DNA of 63,319 bases from Ignavibacteria bacterium. Lineage in GTDB: Bacteria > Bacteroidota > Ignavibacteria > Tepidaquicellales > OLB5. The notes under the pieces were generated by a model. The model had not been told where the DNA came from. It saw only the letters and a program-made list of their open reading frames with translations, and ran no database searches. Shown here piece by piece: positions 38,286-45,496 of this stretch (the first letter of the stretch is position 1; the number at the start of each line of letters is the position of its first letter). The position numbers and the translations under genes were made by a program. The stretch is taken from assembly GCA_025451455.1 (NCBI GenBank), contig JANWKI010000133.1, forward strand, positions 1 to 63,319. Reading direction: 5' to 3'.

Positions 38286-38312
38286 AATTTAGTTGCTATT
38301 AGCAACTAAATT
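38286..38312. promoter_or_regulatory. Operator O5: 27-nt perfect palindrome AATTTAGTTGCTA-T-TAGCAACTAAATT
   Basis: Read directly. Lies between the MarR stop (38250) and the OsmC start (38381). The core is identical to the O1 half-sites. Confidence 0.65.
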
Positions 38313-38380
38313 GACTATATTTGTGGAGTAGCTTTGAGATTCAAATTTGAAGTATATTTAACAGAAAGAAGAATTAAACA

Positions 38381-38791
38381 ATGAAAATGGAAATATTTTT
38401 CGATGAAGGTAAGAAAGTTAATGCCATCTACAACGGCCATGTGATAAAAACCGACCAGCCTGTTGAAGCAAGCGGAAATGGATCATCACCTGCACCTTTT
38501 GACCTGTTCCTTGCGTCTATTGGGACTTGTGCAGGCATTTACGTAAAATCCTTTTGTATGCAGCGTCAAATACCAACTGATGATATAAGGATAATTCAAT
38601 CAATGAGTTATGACAATGACAGAGGGTTAGTTGGAAAGATCAAACTTGAGATCATGCTTCCTCCGGATTTCCCTGCAAAATACAAAAGTGCAGTTATCAA
38701 TGCAGCAAATCTTTGCGCTGTAAAGAAACATCTGATTAACCCGCCTGAAATTGAAGTGGAAGCAAAAGAAATAAGTGTTATACCTGTGTGA
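38381..38791 (+). CDS. OsmC/Ohr-family peroxiredoxin-like protein
   Basis: 136 aa with the OsmC pattern (GNGSSPAPFDLFLASIGTCAGIY ... ANLCAVKKHL) and two conserved Cys. Confidence 0.7.
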   Translation: MKMEIFFDEGKKVNAIYNGHVIKTDQPVEASGNGSSPAPFDLFLASIGTCAGIYVKSFCMQRQIPTDDIRIIQSMSYDNDRGLVGKIKLEIMLPPDFPAKYKSAVINAANLCAVKKHLINPPEIEVEAKEISVIPV

Positions 38792-38981
38792 TGCCGAAAG
38801 TGTTTCTGCTTTAACAACTCTTCGAAGTTTTTTTCTCAATCTTACTCTCCAACCATTCAATCAGATTAAACTCCTCAATCAGGCTCCTGTCAAAAGAACT
38901 CTTTAAAAGAGATATCAATTCTTTTCCCGGATTGTTGGAGGTGATGACCCGGTCAGCATTAATAATAATTCCGAGATCCCC

Positions 38982-39054
38982 GATTATCCGAATCCATTCA
39001 AGCCTCGAACTGTTACCAGTTGTAGAAACGAAGAAGATGGTTCCGGTGAAGTGA
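38982..39054 (+). pseudogene. remnant of a T9SS C-terminal sorting domain (internally deleted, frameshifted)
   Basis: GATTATCCGAATCCATTCAAGCCT is about 17/24 identical to the AACTATCCGAACCCGTTTAACCCG (NYPNPFNP) box. GAAACGAAGAAGATGGTT (39025-39042) is 18/18 identical to the ETKKMV tail of the intact CTD genes, and is followed by ..GTGAAGTGA. No upstream gene body remains. Confidence 0.6.
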
Positions 39055-39079
39055 TAGTTGATAAATGATACGGATAATT

Positions 39080-39107
39080 ACAAAGGACGCTTAATTGCGT
39101 CCTTTGT
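39080..39107 (+). terminator. hairpin ACAAAGGACGC-TTAATT-GCGTCCTTTGT
   Basis: 11-bp perfect stem just after the CTD remnant, followed by a T-rich stretch. Confidence 0.5.
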
Positions 39108-39129
39108 GTATTATATTTGTAATAACTAA

Positions 39130-41190
39130 ATGAAACGCAAAATGAAATCAATATTTTTTACAATTCTTGCATGTATTTTAACAGTTCAGGTTTCCAATTC
39201 GCAATGGGTTTATACTAACGGGCCATATGGGGCGACAGTTCAGGCACTTATTTCCAAGAGCGGCAATATGTTTGCAGCTACTCAGGGAGGCGGAATATAT
39301 ATTACAACAAATAATGGTGTGAACTGGACAGCCTCAAATTCAGGGCTCAGTGCAACAAACATTTATTCACTTGCTGTTTTGGGAAATAATCTTTTTGCAG
39401 GTGCGTTTGGAGGGTGCTTTATATCAACAAATAACGGGGCTAACTGGACTGCCGTAAATTCCGGTTTGACCGCGAGCGATGTTCACGCATTAGCAGTAAG
39501 TGGGACTAATTTGTTTGCCGGGACGTACTCCGGGGTATTTTTCTCAACTAATAACGGCTCGAACTGGTCTCAAATAAATAACGGATTGACTACAACTATT
39601 GTCCAGTCTCTGGCAGTAATCGGGACAAACATATTTGCCGGAACGTTTGGCGGCGGAGTATTTTTGACTACCAACAATGGTGGAAACTGGACGGAGGTTA
39701 ATAACGGTCTTGGAAGTGTCTACATATCCTGTTTACTTGTTAGCGGAACAAATCTTTTTGCAGGCGGGGGAGGGGCCTTCTTCTCATCAGATAACGGAAC
39801 GAGCTGGACAACTATCAATAACGGTCTTACCAATACTAACGTTTTATCTATGGGTGTAAACAACAATTATATTTTTGCCGGGACTTCTGGCTCAGGAGTC
39901 TTTGCGACTACTAATAACGGCCAGCAATGGCTTCCTGCTAATTCGGGTATGAGCGGTGCGACTGTTTCCTCACTCGGAGTATCGGGTTCGAATGTTTTTG
40001 CAGGAACACAGGGTGGAGCATATATTTCCGTAAACAACGGAACTAACTGGACTTCTGTAAGTAATGGAATGCGTTACCTGCTGTGCCAGGGTATATTTTC
40101 TTTTTCAAATAATTTATATTGTGCAACGTGGGGCAGCGGTGTTGCTGTTTCAACTGATAATGGCTCAAGCTGGTTTAATTCAAACAATGGAGTTACCAGT
40201 GCAATTGTTTCTTCATTTGCTTCGATTGGAAGTAATTTATTTGCCGGAACACAGGGAGGAGTATTTAGATCATCCGACAATGGTTTTAACTGGAGTGCAT
40301 CCAGCTCTGGGTTAACAGATCTGCAGGTATTTACTCTCGCGGTTAATAATTCAAATCTATATGCAGGGGCAGGAAGCGGAGTTTTTTATTCAACTAATTC
40401 AGGTTCATCATGGACGAAGATCAGCACAGGACTCCCGCTATTACCTGTATATGCTTTAGCATTTATAGGGAATAATATTTTTGCCGGGCTCTGGTCCGGA
40501 GGTGTGTATTCTTCAACAAATAACGGGCAATCGTGGGTATCAGCAAGCTCGGGGTTGACAAATAATATTGTAATAACACTTGCCGTTAATGGAACAGATC
40601 TTTATGCAGGAACTACAGCCGGATTATTTAAGTCTACAAATTCAGGTAACAGCTGGAATACTGCCAATAACGGGCTTGGAGTTACTTATATATTGTATAT
40701 TTATTCATATAATTCATATTTATTTGCAGGAACCTGGAATGGCGGTGTTTATTTTTCGTCAAATGGGGGAGCTAACTGGATTAACGTAAGTACCGGTCTT
40801 TCAAACTTAGATGACAGGGCTCTGACAGTTCATAATTCCAATCTGTTTGTTGCCGCTGTGGGCGGAGTCTGGAAACGTCCATTAAGTGATATCCTTTCCG
40901 TACAGCAAACTTCAAATACAATACCTGATGAATTTAAATTAGAGCAGAACTATCCTAACCCATTTAACCCAAGCACAAAAATACAATTTGCATTGCCGAA
41001 GAGCTCTTTTGCAAAGCTGGTCGTTTACGATGCGCTTGGCAGGGAAGTGGAAATATTAGTTAATGAACAATTAAATGCAGGCACTTCCGAAGCGGATTGG
41101 TCAGCGGATAAGTTTTCCAGCGGGGTGTATTATTATAAGCTCACAGCAGGGGATTACACGGTAACAAGGAAAATGGTTTTGATGAAATGA
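39130..41190 (+). CDS. large tandem-blade Asp-box-like beta-propeller protein with T9SS CTD
   Basis: About 13 blades (SLAV.G.NLFAGT..GGVF.STNNG.NWT..NNGL). CTD: NYPNPFNPSTKIQFALP...VYDALGREVEILVNEQLNAGT...SGVYYYKL...RKMVLMK. Confidence 0.8.
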   Translation: MKRKMKSIFFTILACILTVQVSNSQWVYTNGPYGATVQALISKSGNMFAATQGGGIYITTNNGVNWTASNSGLSATNIYSLAVLGNNLFAGAFGGCFISTNNGANWTAVNSGLTASDVHALAVSGTNLFAGTYSGVFFSTNNGSNWSQINNGLTTTIVQSLAVIGTNIFAGTFGGGVFLTTNNGGNWTEVNNGLGSVYISCLLVSGTNLFAGGGGAFFSSDNGTSWTTINNGLTNTNVLSMGVNNNYIFAGTSGSGVFATTNNGQQWLPANSGMSGATVSSLGVSGSNVFAGTQGGAYISVNNGTNWTSVSNGMRYLLCQGIFSFSNNLYCATWGSGVAVSTDNGSSWFNSNNGVTSAIVSSFASIGSNLFAGTQGGVFRSSDNGFNWSASSSGLTDLQVFTLAVNNSNLYAGAGSGVFYSTNSGSSWTKISTGLPLLPVYALAFIGNNIFAGLWSGGVYSSTNNGQSWVSASSGLTNNIVITLAVNGTDLYAGTTAGLFKSTNSGNSWNTANNGLGVTYILYIYSYNSYLFAGTWNGGVYFSSNGGANWINVSTGLSNLDDRALTVHNSNLFVAAVGGVWKRPLSDILSVQQTSNTIPDEFKLEQNYPNPFNPSTKIQFALPKSSFAKLVVYDALGREVEILVNEQLNAGTSEADWSADKFSSGVYYYKLTAGDYTVTRKMVLMK

Positions 41191-42362
41191 AAAAGTTCGT
41201 TTTAATATTGTTGTTTGTTTCCGTTGTGTCGTATGCAGACTGGGAAGTACTACCCAACGGTATAGGTTATATTACTGTATATTCATTAGCGAATGGTGGA
41301 AACAATATCTTTGCCGGAACTTATTTTGGAGTGTATAAATCTACAAATAATGGAGACGAATGGTTTCAAACTCCATTAAATAATCCATATACTGTTTACA
41401 CATTACTAGTAAACGGAAATTACGTATTTGCAGGAACGGGTTCTCCAGCTAACGGAGTATTTGTATCAACGAATTTAGGATCAAATTGGACGCAAACTCC
41501 TTTAAACAATAGGACTGTTAATGCATTAACCATAAGTGGAAATAAAATCTTTGCAGGTACATTAGATTATGGAGTATATATTTCTTCTAATAATGGAGCA
41601 ACTTGGACCCAAAGTTCTTTAAATAATCTATGGATTACAGCACTGGTTGCAAATGGAAGTAATATATTTGCTGCTACAGGAGGCAACGGATTATATTTAT
41701 CTACAAATAGCGGGTCGAATTGGACTCAGACTTCTTTTAATTTTAATTTTGTTTGGGCTTTAGGAATAAACGGAAATAATTTATATGCTGGCGTTATTAG
41801 TGGATTATATTATTCTACTAATAATGGAACAAATTGGGTTCAAACTACTTTAAGTTATGAGCCTTCAAGTTTAGTATTTAACGGTAACAATATTTTTGTG
41901 AGCGCTGGGCAAAATGGCGTTTATGTTTCAAACGATAATGGTCTTACTTGGGCGCCAAGGAACGAAGGTATTTCAGGTTTAACAATAAATGAACTAAGTA
42001 TTCATAATAATTATCTTTTTGCAGGAACTAATAATAGAGTTTACAGAAGACCACTAAGTGAACTTATAGGTATCCACCCAATATTCACAGAAATCCCGAA
42101 TCAATTTTCTCTTTCGCAAAACTATCCGAACCCGTTTAACCCGGCAACAAAGATAAGGTTTGCTTTGCCAAAGAGTTCGTTTGCAACAATTGTTGTTTAC
42201 GATGCGCTCGGCAGGGAATTGGAAATGCTTGTCAACGAACAATTAACTGCAGGCACTTACGAAGCGGATTGGAATGCAGACAGGTTTTCAAGCGGGGTAT
42301 ATTATTATAAACTTATTGCAGGGGATTTTACCGAAACGAAGAAGATGGTTTTAGTGAAGTGA
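41187..42362 (+). CDS. tandem-blade beta-propeller protein with T9SS CTD (paralog of 25954..27171)
   Basis: Start overlaps the upstream stop (ATGA). Blades follow the pattern L.VNGNN.FAGT..GVY.STN.GSNWTQT.LNN. Canonical CTD. Confidence 0.8.
   Translation: MKKFVLILLFVSVVSYADWEVLPNGIGYITVYSLANGGNNIFAGTYFGVYKSTNNGDEWFQTPLNNPYTVYTLLVNGNYVFAGTGSPANGVFVSTNLGSNWTQTPLNNRTVNALTISGNKIFAGTLDYGVYISSNNGATWTQSSLNNLWITALVANGSNIFAATGGNGLYLSTNSGSNWTQTSFNFNFVWALGINGNNLYAGVISGLYYSTNNGTNWVQTTLSYEPSSLVFNGNNIFVSAGQNGVYVSNDNGLTWAPRNEGISGLTINELSIHNNYLFAGTNNRVYRRPLSELIGIHPIFTEIPNQFSLSQNYPNPFNPATKIRFALPKSSFATIVVYDALGRELEMLVNEQLTAGTYEADWNADRFSSGVYYYKLIAGDFTETKKMVLVK
42090..42362 (+). repeat. CTD-encoding cassette, copy 1 (pairs with 43425..43697)
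   Basis: My hand alignment gives roughly 17 mismatches and no indels over 273 nt, including an 88-nt run (42268-42355 vs 43603-43690) with no difference. The upstream propeller parts of the two genes are not alignable. Confidence 0.75.
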
Positions 42363-42384
42363 CGTTTGAGCAAATAAGAATTTT

Positions 42385-42410
42385 AAAAGGGGGCGGAAAC
42401 CCCCTTTTTT
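42385..42410 (+). terminator. rho-independent terminator AAAAGGGGG-CGGAAA-CCCCCTTTTTT
   Basis: GC stem plus a T-run, 23 nt after the stop at 42362. Confidence 0.7.
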
Positions 42411-42452
42411 ATATATATCAATCGGGGGAATTGAGGGTTATATTTGGGGAGA

Positions 42453-43697
42453 ATGAAAAAGATGGTTTTAATATTTACTTTAATTTATTTTTCAACATGT
42501 AAATTATCCGCTCAGGTTGGATGGGATACTGTATTTAATACATACATTTCAGAGAATATTAAATTTCTCAATCATAATATTGTTTTAGCTACGGGTGAAG
42601 ATGGTGCTATGCACAGGTCTAGTAACGGTGGCATTAATTGGACTTCTCAAAATGTCGGTAATTCTGGACAAAGATTTCAAGAAATTTCAGTAATAGATTC
42701 TTCACTTGCATTTATTGCAGGTGATAACAACGCAGTATTTAAAACAACAAATGGAGGATTAAGCTGGATTAATATTTCACCTCAGAATTTCTTTGGGTTT
42801 TACCAAACGATTTCATTTTTGAATTCAAACAGAGGTATTATCGGACATCAGGGAAAAATATATGCTACAACAAATGGTGGTTCTAATTGGGCTTCTATTA
42901 GATCATTAGGATCGCATATCGCCTATAAAAGTTCTGTTTATTTAAGTCCATCTTATATCATTGCAGCCGGTGATAGTAATGTTATCTCTGGTCCATCTTT
43001 TGGAATTATTGATTATTCTTCGGATAATGGGAATACGTGGAGCAGAAGAATTATAGTGAGCAATGATTTATCATTTAAAGATTTGGAATTTTTAAATTCT
43101 CAAATAGGAATTGGATTAACACAAAGGAAGCTGCTTAAGACGACAGATGGAGGTTTAAATTGGAATGTTCAATATACTTTTCAAAACGTTGACTTAAATG
43201 GGTGTACATTAGTAAATCAAAATATTATGTATGTTACTGGATTTAACGGCATAATATTAAGGACAATAGATGGAGGGATGAATTGGGATTTACAAAACAC
43301 CGGGATTACATCTCATTTACGAAGTATAGATTTTTTTGATGCTAATCTGGGGGTTGCATCTGGTGACTTCAAAATACTTAAGACAACTACCGGTGGTATA
43401 ACTCCAATAATCCTTTTCTCCACCGAAATCCCAAATCAATTTTCTCTTTCGCAAAACTATCCGAACCCGTTTAACCCGACAACAAAGATAAGGTTTGCTT
43501 TGCCAAAGAGTTCGTTTGCAACACTTGTTGTTTACGACGCGCTCGGCAGAGAAGTTGCAATACTCGTTAACGAACAATTAAATGCAGGAACTTACGAAGC
43601 ATATTGGAATGCAGACAGGTTTTCAAGCGGGGTATATTATTATAAACTTATTGCAGGGGATTTTACCGAAACGAAGAAGATGGTTTTAGTTAAATGA
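42453..43697 (+). CDS. Ycf48-like Asp-box propeller with T9SS CTD
   Basis: Asp-boxes SSNGGINWT, TTNGGLSWI, TTNGGSNWA, SSDNGNTWS, TTDGGLNWN and TIDGGMNWD, plus a CTD. The ATG at 42453 is preferred over the TTG at 42444. Confidence 0.8.
   Translation: MKKMVLIFTLIYFSTCKLSAQVGWDTVFNTYISENIKFLNHNIVLATGEDGAMHRSSNGGINWTSQNVGNSGQRFQEISVIDSSLAFIAGDNNAVFKTTNGGLSWINISPQNFFGFYQTISFLNSNRGIIGHQGKIYATTNGGSNWASIRSLGSHIAYKSSVYLSPSYIIAAGDSNVISGPSFGIIDYSSDNGNTWSRRIIVSNDLSFKDLEFLNSQIGIGLTQRKLLKTTDGGLNWNVQYTFQNVDLNGCTLVNQNIMYVTGFNGIILRTIDGGMNWDLQNTGITSHLRSIDFFDANLGVASGDFKILKTTTGGITPIILFSTEIPNQFSLSQNYPNPFNPTTKIRFALPKSSFATLVVYDALGREVAILVNEQLNAGTYEAYWNADRFSSGVYYYKLIAGDFTETKKMVLVK
43425..43697 (+). repeat. CTD-encoding cassette, copy 2
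   Basis: See 42090..42362. Confidence 0.75.
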
Positions 43698-43735
43698 GTT
43701 TGTTCAATTGACAAAAAATGTGTTGCTGAAGGATA

Positions 43736-44137
43736 TCACTCAATTTCTAACAGCAGTTCGTCTGAGTTTCTGTTGCCAAGGGGATCTGATATACTAACGG
43801 ATATCGTTTTCTCGTTCCGGGTGAAACTTATTATGTAACCAAATTTTGCTTTTACCTGGTTCACAACCGGTATATTATTAATGCTGAATATTTCCCGGAA
43901 ATCAAAAGTTTTGGTATTGCTGCTGTTTATCAATTGACCATCTTTGACCCAGTAAGTATCTTTCCCCATCTTAATTATGCTTGCTGCATGAAGATATTCG
44001 ATTTTTCCGTCAGAATTGAAATCCTGCCTTAATTCTAATTCTCCTCTTGATATCTTCTTTAATGAGACTGCATCCACCTGCGAAATGGTAATACTTACAT
44101 TTAGAAGCATCATTATTATGTATTTCACAACCCTCAT
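43736..44137 (-). CDS. hypothetical secreted protein
   Basis: 133-aa ORF with an N-terminal hydrophobic segment and no recognisable motif. Confidence 0.4.
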   Translation of the reverse strand: MRVVKYIIMMLLNVSITISQVDAVSLKKISRGELELRQDFNSDGKIEYLHAASIIKMGKDTYWVKDGQLINSSNTKTFDFREIFSINNIPVVNQVKAKFGYIISFTRNEKTISVSISDPLGNRNSDELLLEIE

Positions 44138-44237
44138 CCTTTCCCAAAAAAGCCTTCCGTAATTAATAATACAATTAGCATACCAAAGAAATTGTGCTGT
44201 TTCACCTGAGGTTTTGTCAAAACTACTTTAATTATAT

Positions 44238-44251
44238 TGACTAAAATGTCA
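44238..44251. promoter_or_regulatory. putative enhancer (UAS) site a: TGACT-AAAA-TGTCA
   Basis: One mismatch from TGACA-N4-TGTCA. Its centre is 59.5 nt upstream of the GG of the -24 element at 44303. Confidence 0.5.
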
Positions 44252-44302
44252 CAATTGTCAGAAAAATATGATGTTCTGTACCTCATATAAAGCATTTTGT
44301 TT

Positions 44303-44317
44303 TGGCATACTAATTGT
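44303..44317 (+). promoter_or_regulatory. sigma-54-type promoter a: TGGCAT-ACTAA-TTGT
   Basis: GG-N10-GT spacing as in TGGCAC-N5-TTGC. Lies 36 nt upstream of the ATG at 44353, which has an AAAGGAGG ribosome-binding site. Confidence 0.5.
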
Positions 44318-44352
44318 TCATATATACTTAAATGAAAGGAGGATTAAATACA

Positions 44353-45186
44353 ATGATATATACAAAAATTAGAAAGATTCTCATTATTCTGTTCATTCAA
44401 GCTGTTTTAACTGGCGGTTTATTAGCGCAACCGGGGTCATCTTATAATTCAAAATTTATGAATCAATCTATTCCGGACATGATGTCGCCGGGGCAGAAAT
44501 ATAATCTTATCATAACGTTTGAAAATTCAGGAAGAACAACATGGATACCGGGCGAAGTAAAGCTCAGGATATATTCAGATGAAGACAGGATGAAATCGAT
44601 CTGGTCCGTTTCTGAAATAGATCTCTCAAATAAGATAGATCCGGGAAGTTCGATCTCGTTCATGATCAATCTGGTTGCCCCGGCATCCGAGGGAGTATAT
44701 CATTTTATCAGCCAGCTTTATAATACTGCAGGGTATTTTGGAGAAACGGGCAAGCAGCTTGAAATATCCGTCAATAAAGAGACAGGAAGAACGGACTCAT
44801 TTAACAGCTCTGCTTTTGTTGAGCAGACAGTACCATCAGTTATGGAGGCCGGAAAGCCGTACAAGATCATGATAAGCTATACAAATACAGGTAACACGAG
44901 CTGGATAAAAGGCTCGTACAGGCTAGTTATGCTTGATGCAGCAGGTAATTATATGACAGGAATCAACTGGGGTAAATTTACAGTCAGTCTTGATGAAAAT
45001 ATTAAACCGGGCAGTTCAAAAGTATTTAATTTTGAAATTATCCCGGTAGAAGCAGGGACATACACCCTGCAATGGAGAATGGCCTCTAGTGAAACAGGTT
45101 TATTTGGTGATGCTACTAATCCGGCTGTTGTAAAGGTTAATCCCGTAGTTAAAAAGAAGAACGAGGGTAAGAGCGGTAAACAATAG
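44353..45186 (+). CDS. secreted protein with two NBR1/FW-type Ig-like domains
   Basis: Two ~115-aa repeats (F.NQSIP..M..GQKYNLIITFENSGRTTWIPG...IDPGSSISFMINLVAPASEGVYHFISQL and FVEQTVPSVMEAGKPYKIMISYTNTGNTSWIKG...IKPGSSKVFNFEIIPVEAGTYTLQWRM). The AAAGGAGG site favours the ATG at 44353 over 44332. Confidence 0.7.
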   Translation: MIYTKIRKILIILFIQAVLTGGLLAQPGSSYNSKFMNQSIPDMMSPGQKYNLIITFENSGRTTWIPGEVKLRIYSDEDRMKSIWSVSEIDLSNKIDPGSSISFMINLVAPASEGVYHFISQLYNTAGYFGETGKQLEISVNKETGRTDSFNSSAFVEQTVPSVMEAGKPYKIMISYTNTGNTSWIKGSYRLVMLDAAGNYMTGINWGKFTVSLDENIKPGSSKVFNFEIIPVEAGTYTLQWRMASSETGLFGDATNPAVVKVNPVVKKKNEGKSGKQ

Positions 45187-45222
45187 TTAATAAATTATTA
45201 ATTAATTTTAAGGAGGTATACT

Positions 45223-45375
45223 ATGTTGTGGACAGTAGCTTTAATTCTGATAGTTTTATGGGTACTCGGACTTGTAAGTTCATATACTATGGGTGGATTC
45301 ATACATATACTGCTGGTTCTGGCACTTGTTGCTGTACTTGTCAGGCTGATCCAGGGACGAAACCCGGTTGCATGA
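45223..45375 (+). CDS. lmo0937-family mini membrane protein (50 aa; absent from the ORF track)
   Basis: MLWTVALILIVLWVLGLVSSYTMGGFIHILLVLALVAVLVRLIQGRNPVA, preceded by AAGGAGG at 45210-45216. The pattern MLW...ILWLLG...GG.IH.LL..A....L.RL..GR matches my recollection of this family. Confidence 0.7.
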   Translation: MLWTVALILIVLWVLGLVSSYTMGGFIHILLVLALVAVLVRLIQGRNPVA

Positions 45376-45422
45376 ATACGTACTGATCTTTTACTTGACT
45401 GGAAAAATACATTTCAAACAAG

Positions 45423-45445
45423 TAAGGCGCTTAGATAGCGCCTTA
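45423..45445. terminator. bidirectional hairpin TAAGGCGCT-TAGAT-AGCGCCTTA
   Basis: 9-bp perfect stem between convergent genes (45375 on the plus strand, 45497 on the minus strand). Confidence 0.6.
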
Positions 45446-45496
45446 TTTGTGGTGCTTTATTTTATGCTCAATAAAACCATTAACTGAGTATAGAAG

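Noticed and set aside
38608-38860. 69-aa and 77-aa minus-strand ORFs
   Set aside because: They are antisense to, or run out of, the OsmC-family gene. They have low-complexity basic composition and no ribosome-binding site.
38811-39077. 88-codon stop-free frame on the minus strand (…FTGTIFFVSTTGNSSRLEWIRIIGDLGIIINADRVITSNNPGKELISLLKSSFDRSLIEEFNLIEWLESKIEKKTSKSC-stop)
   Set aside because: It contains no ATG or GTG start and overlaps the plus-strand sorting-domain remnant. It may be the tail of another destroyed gene, but I cannot support that without a homology search.
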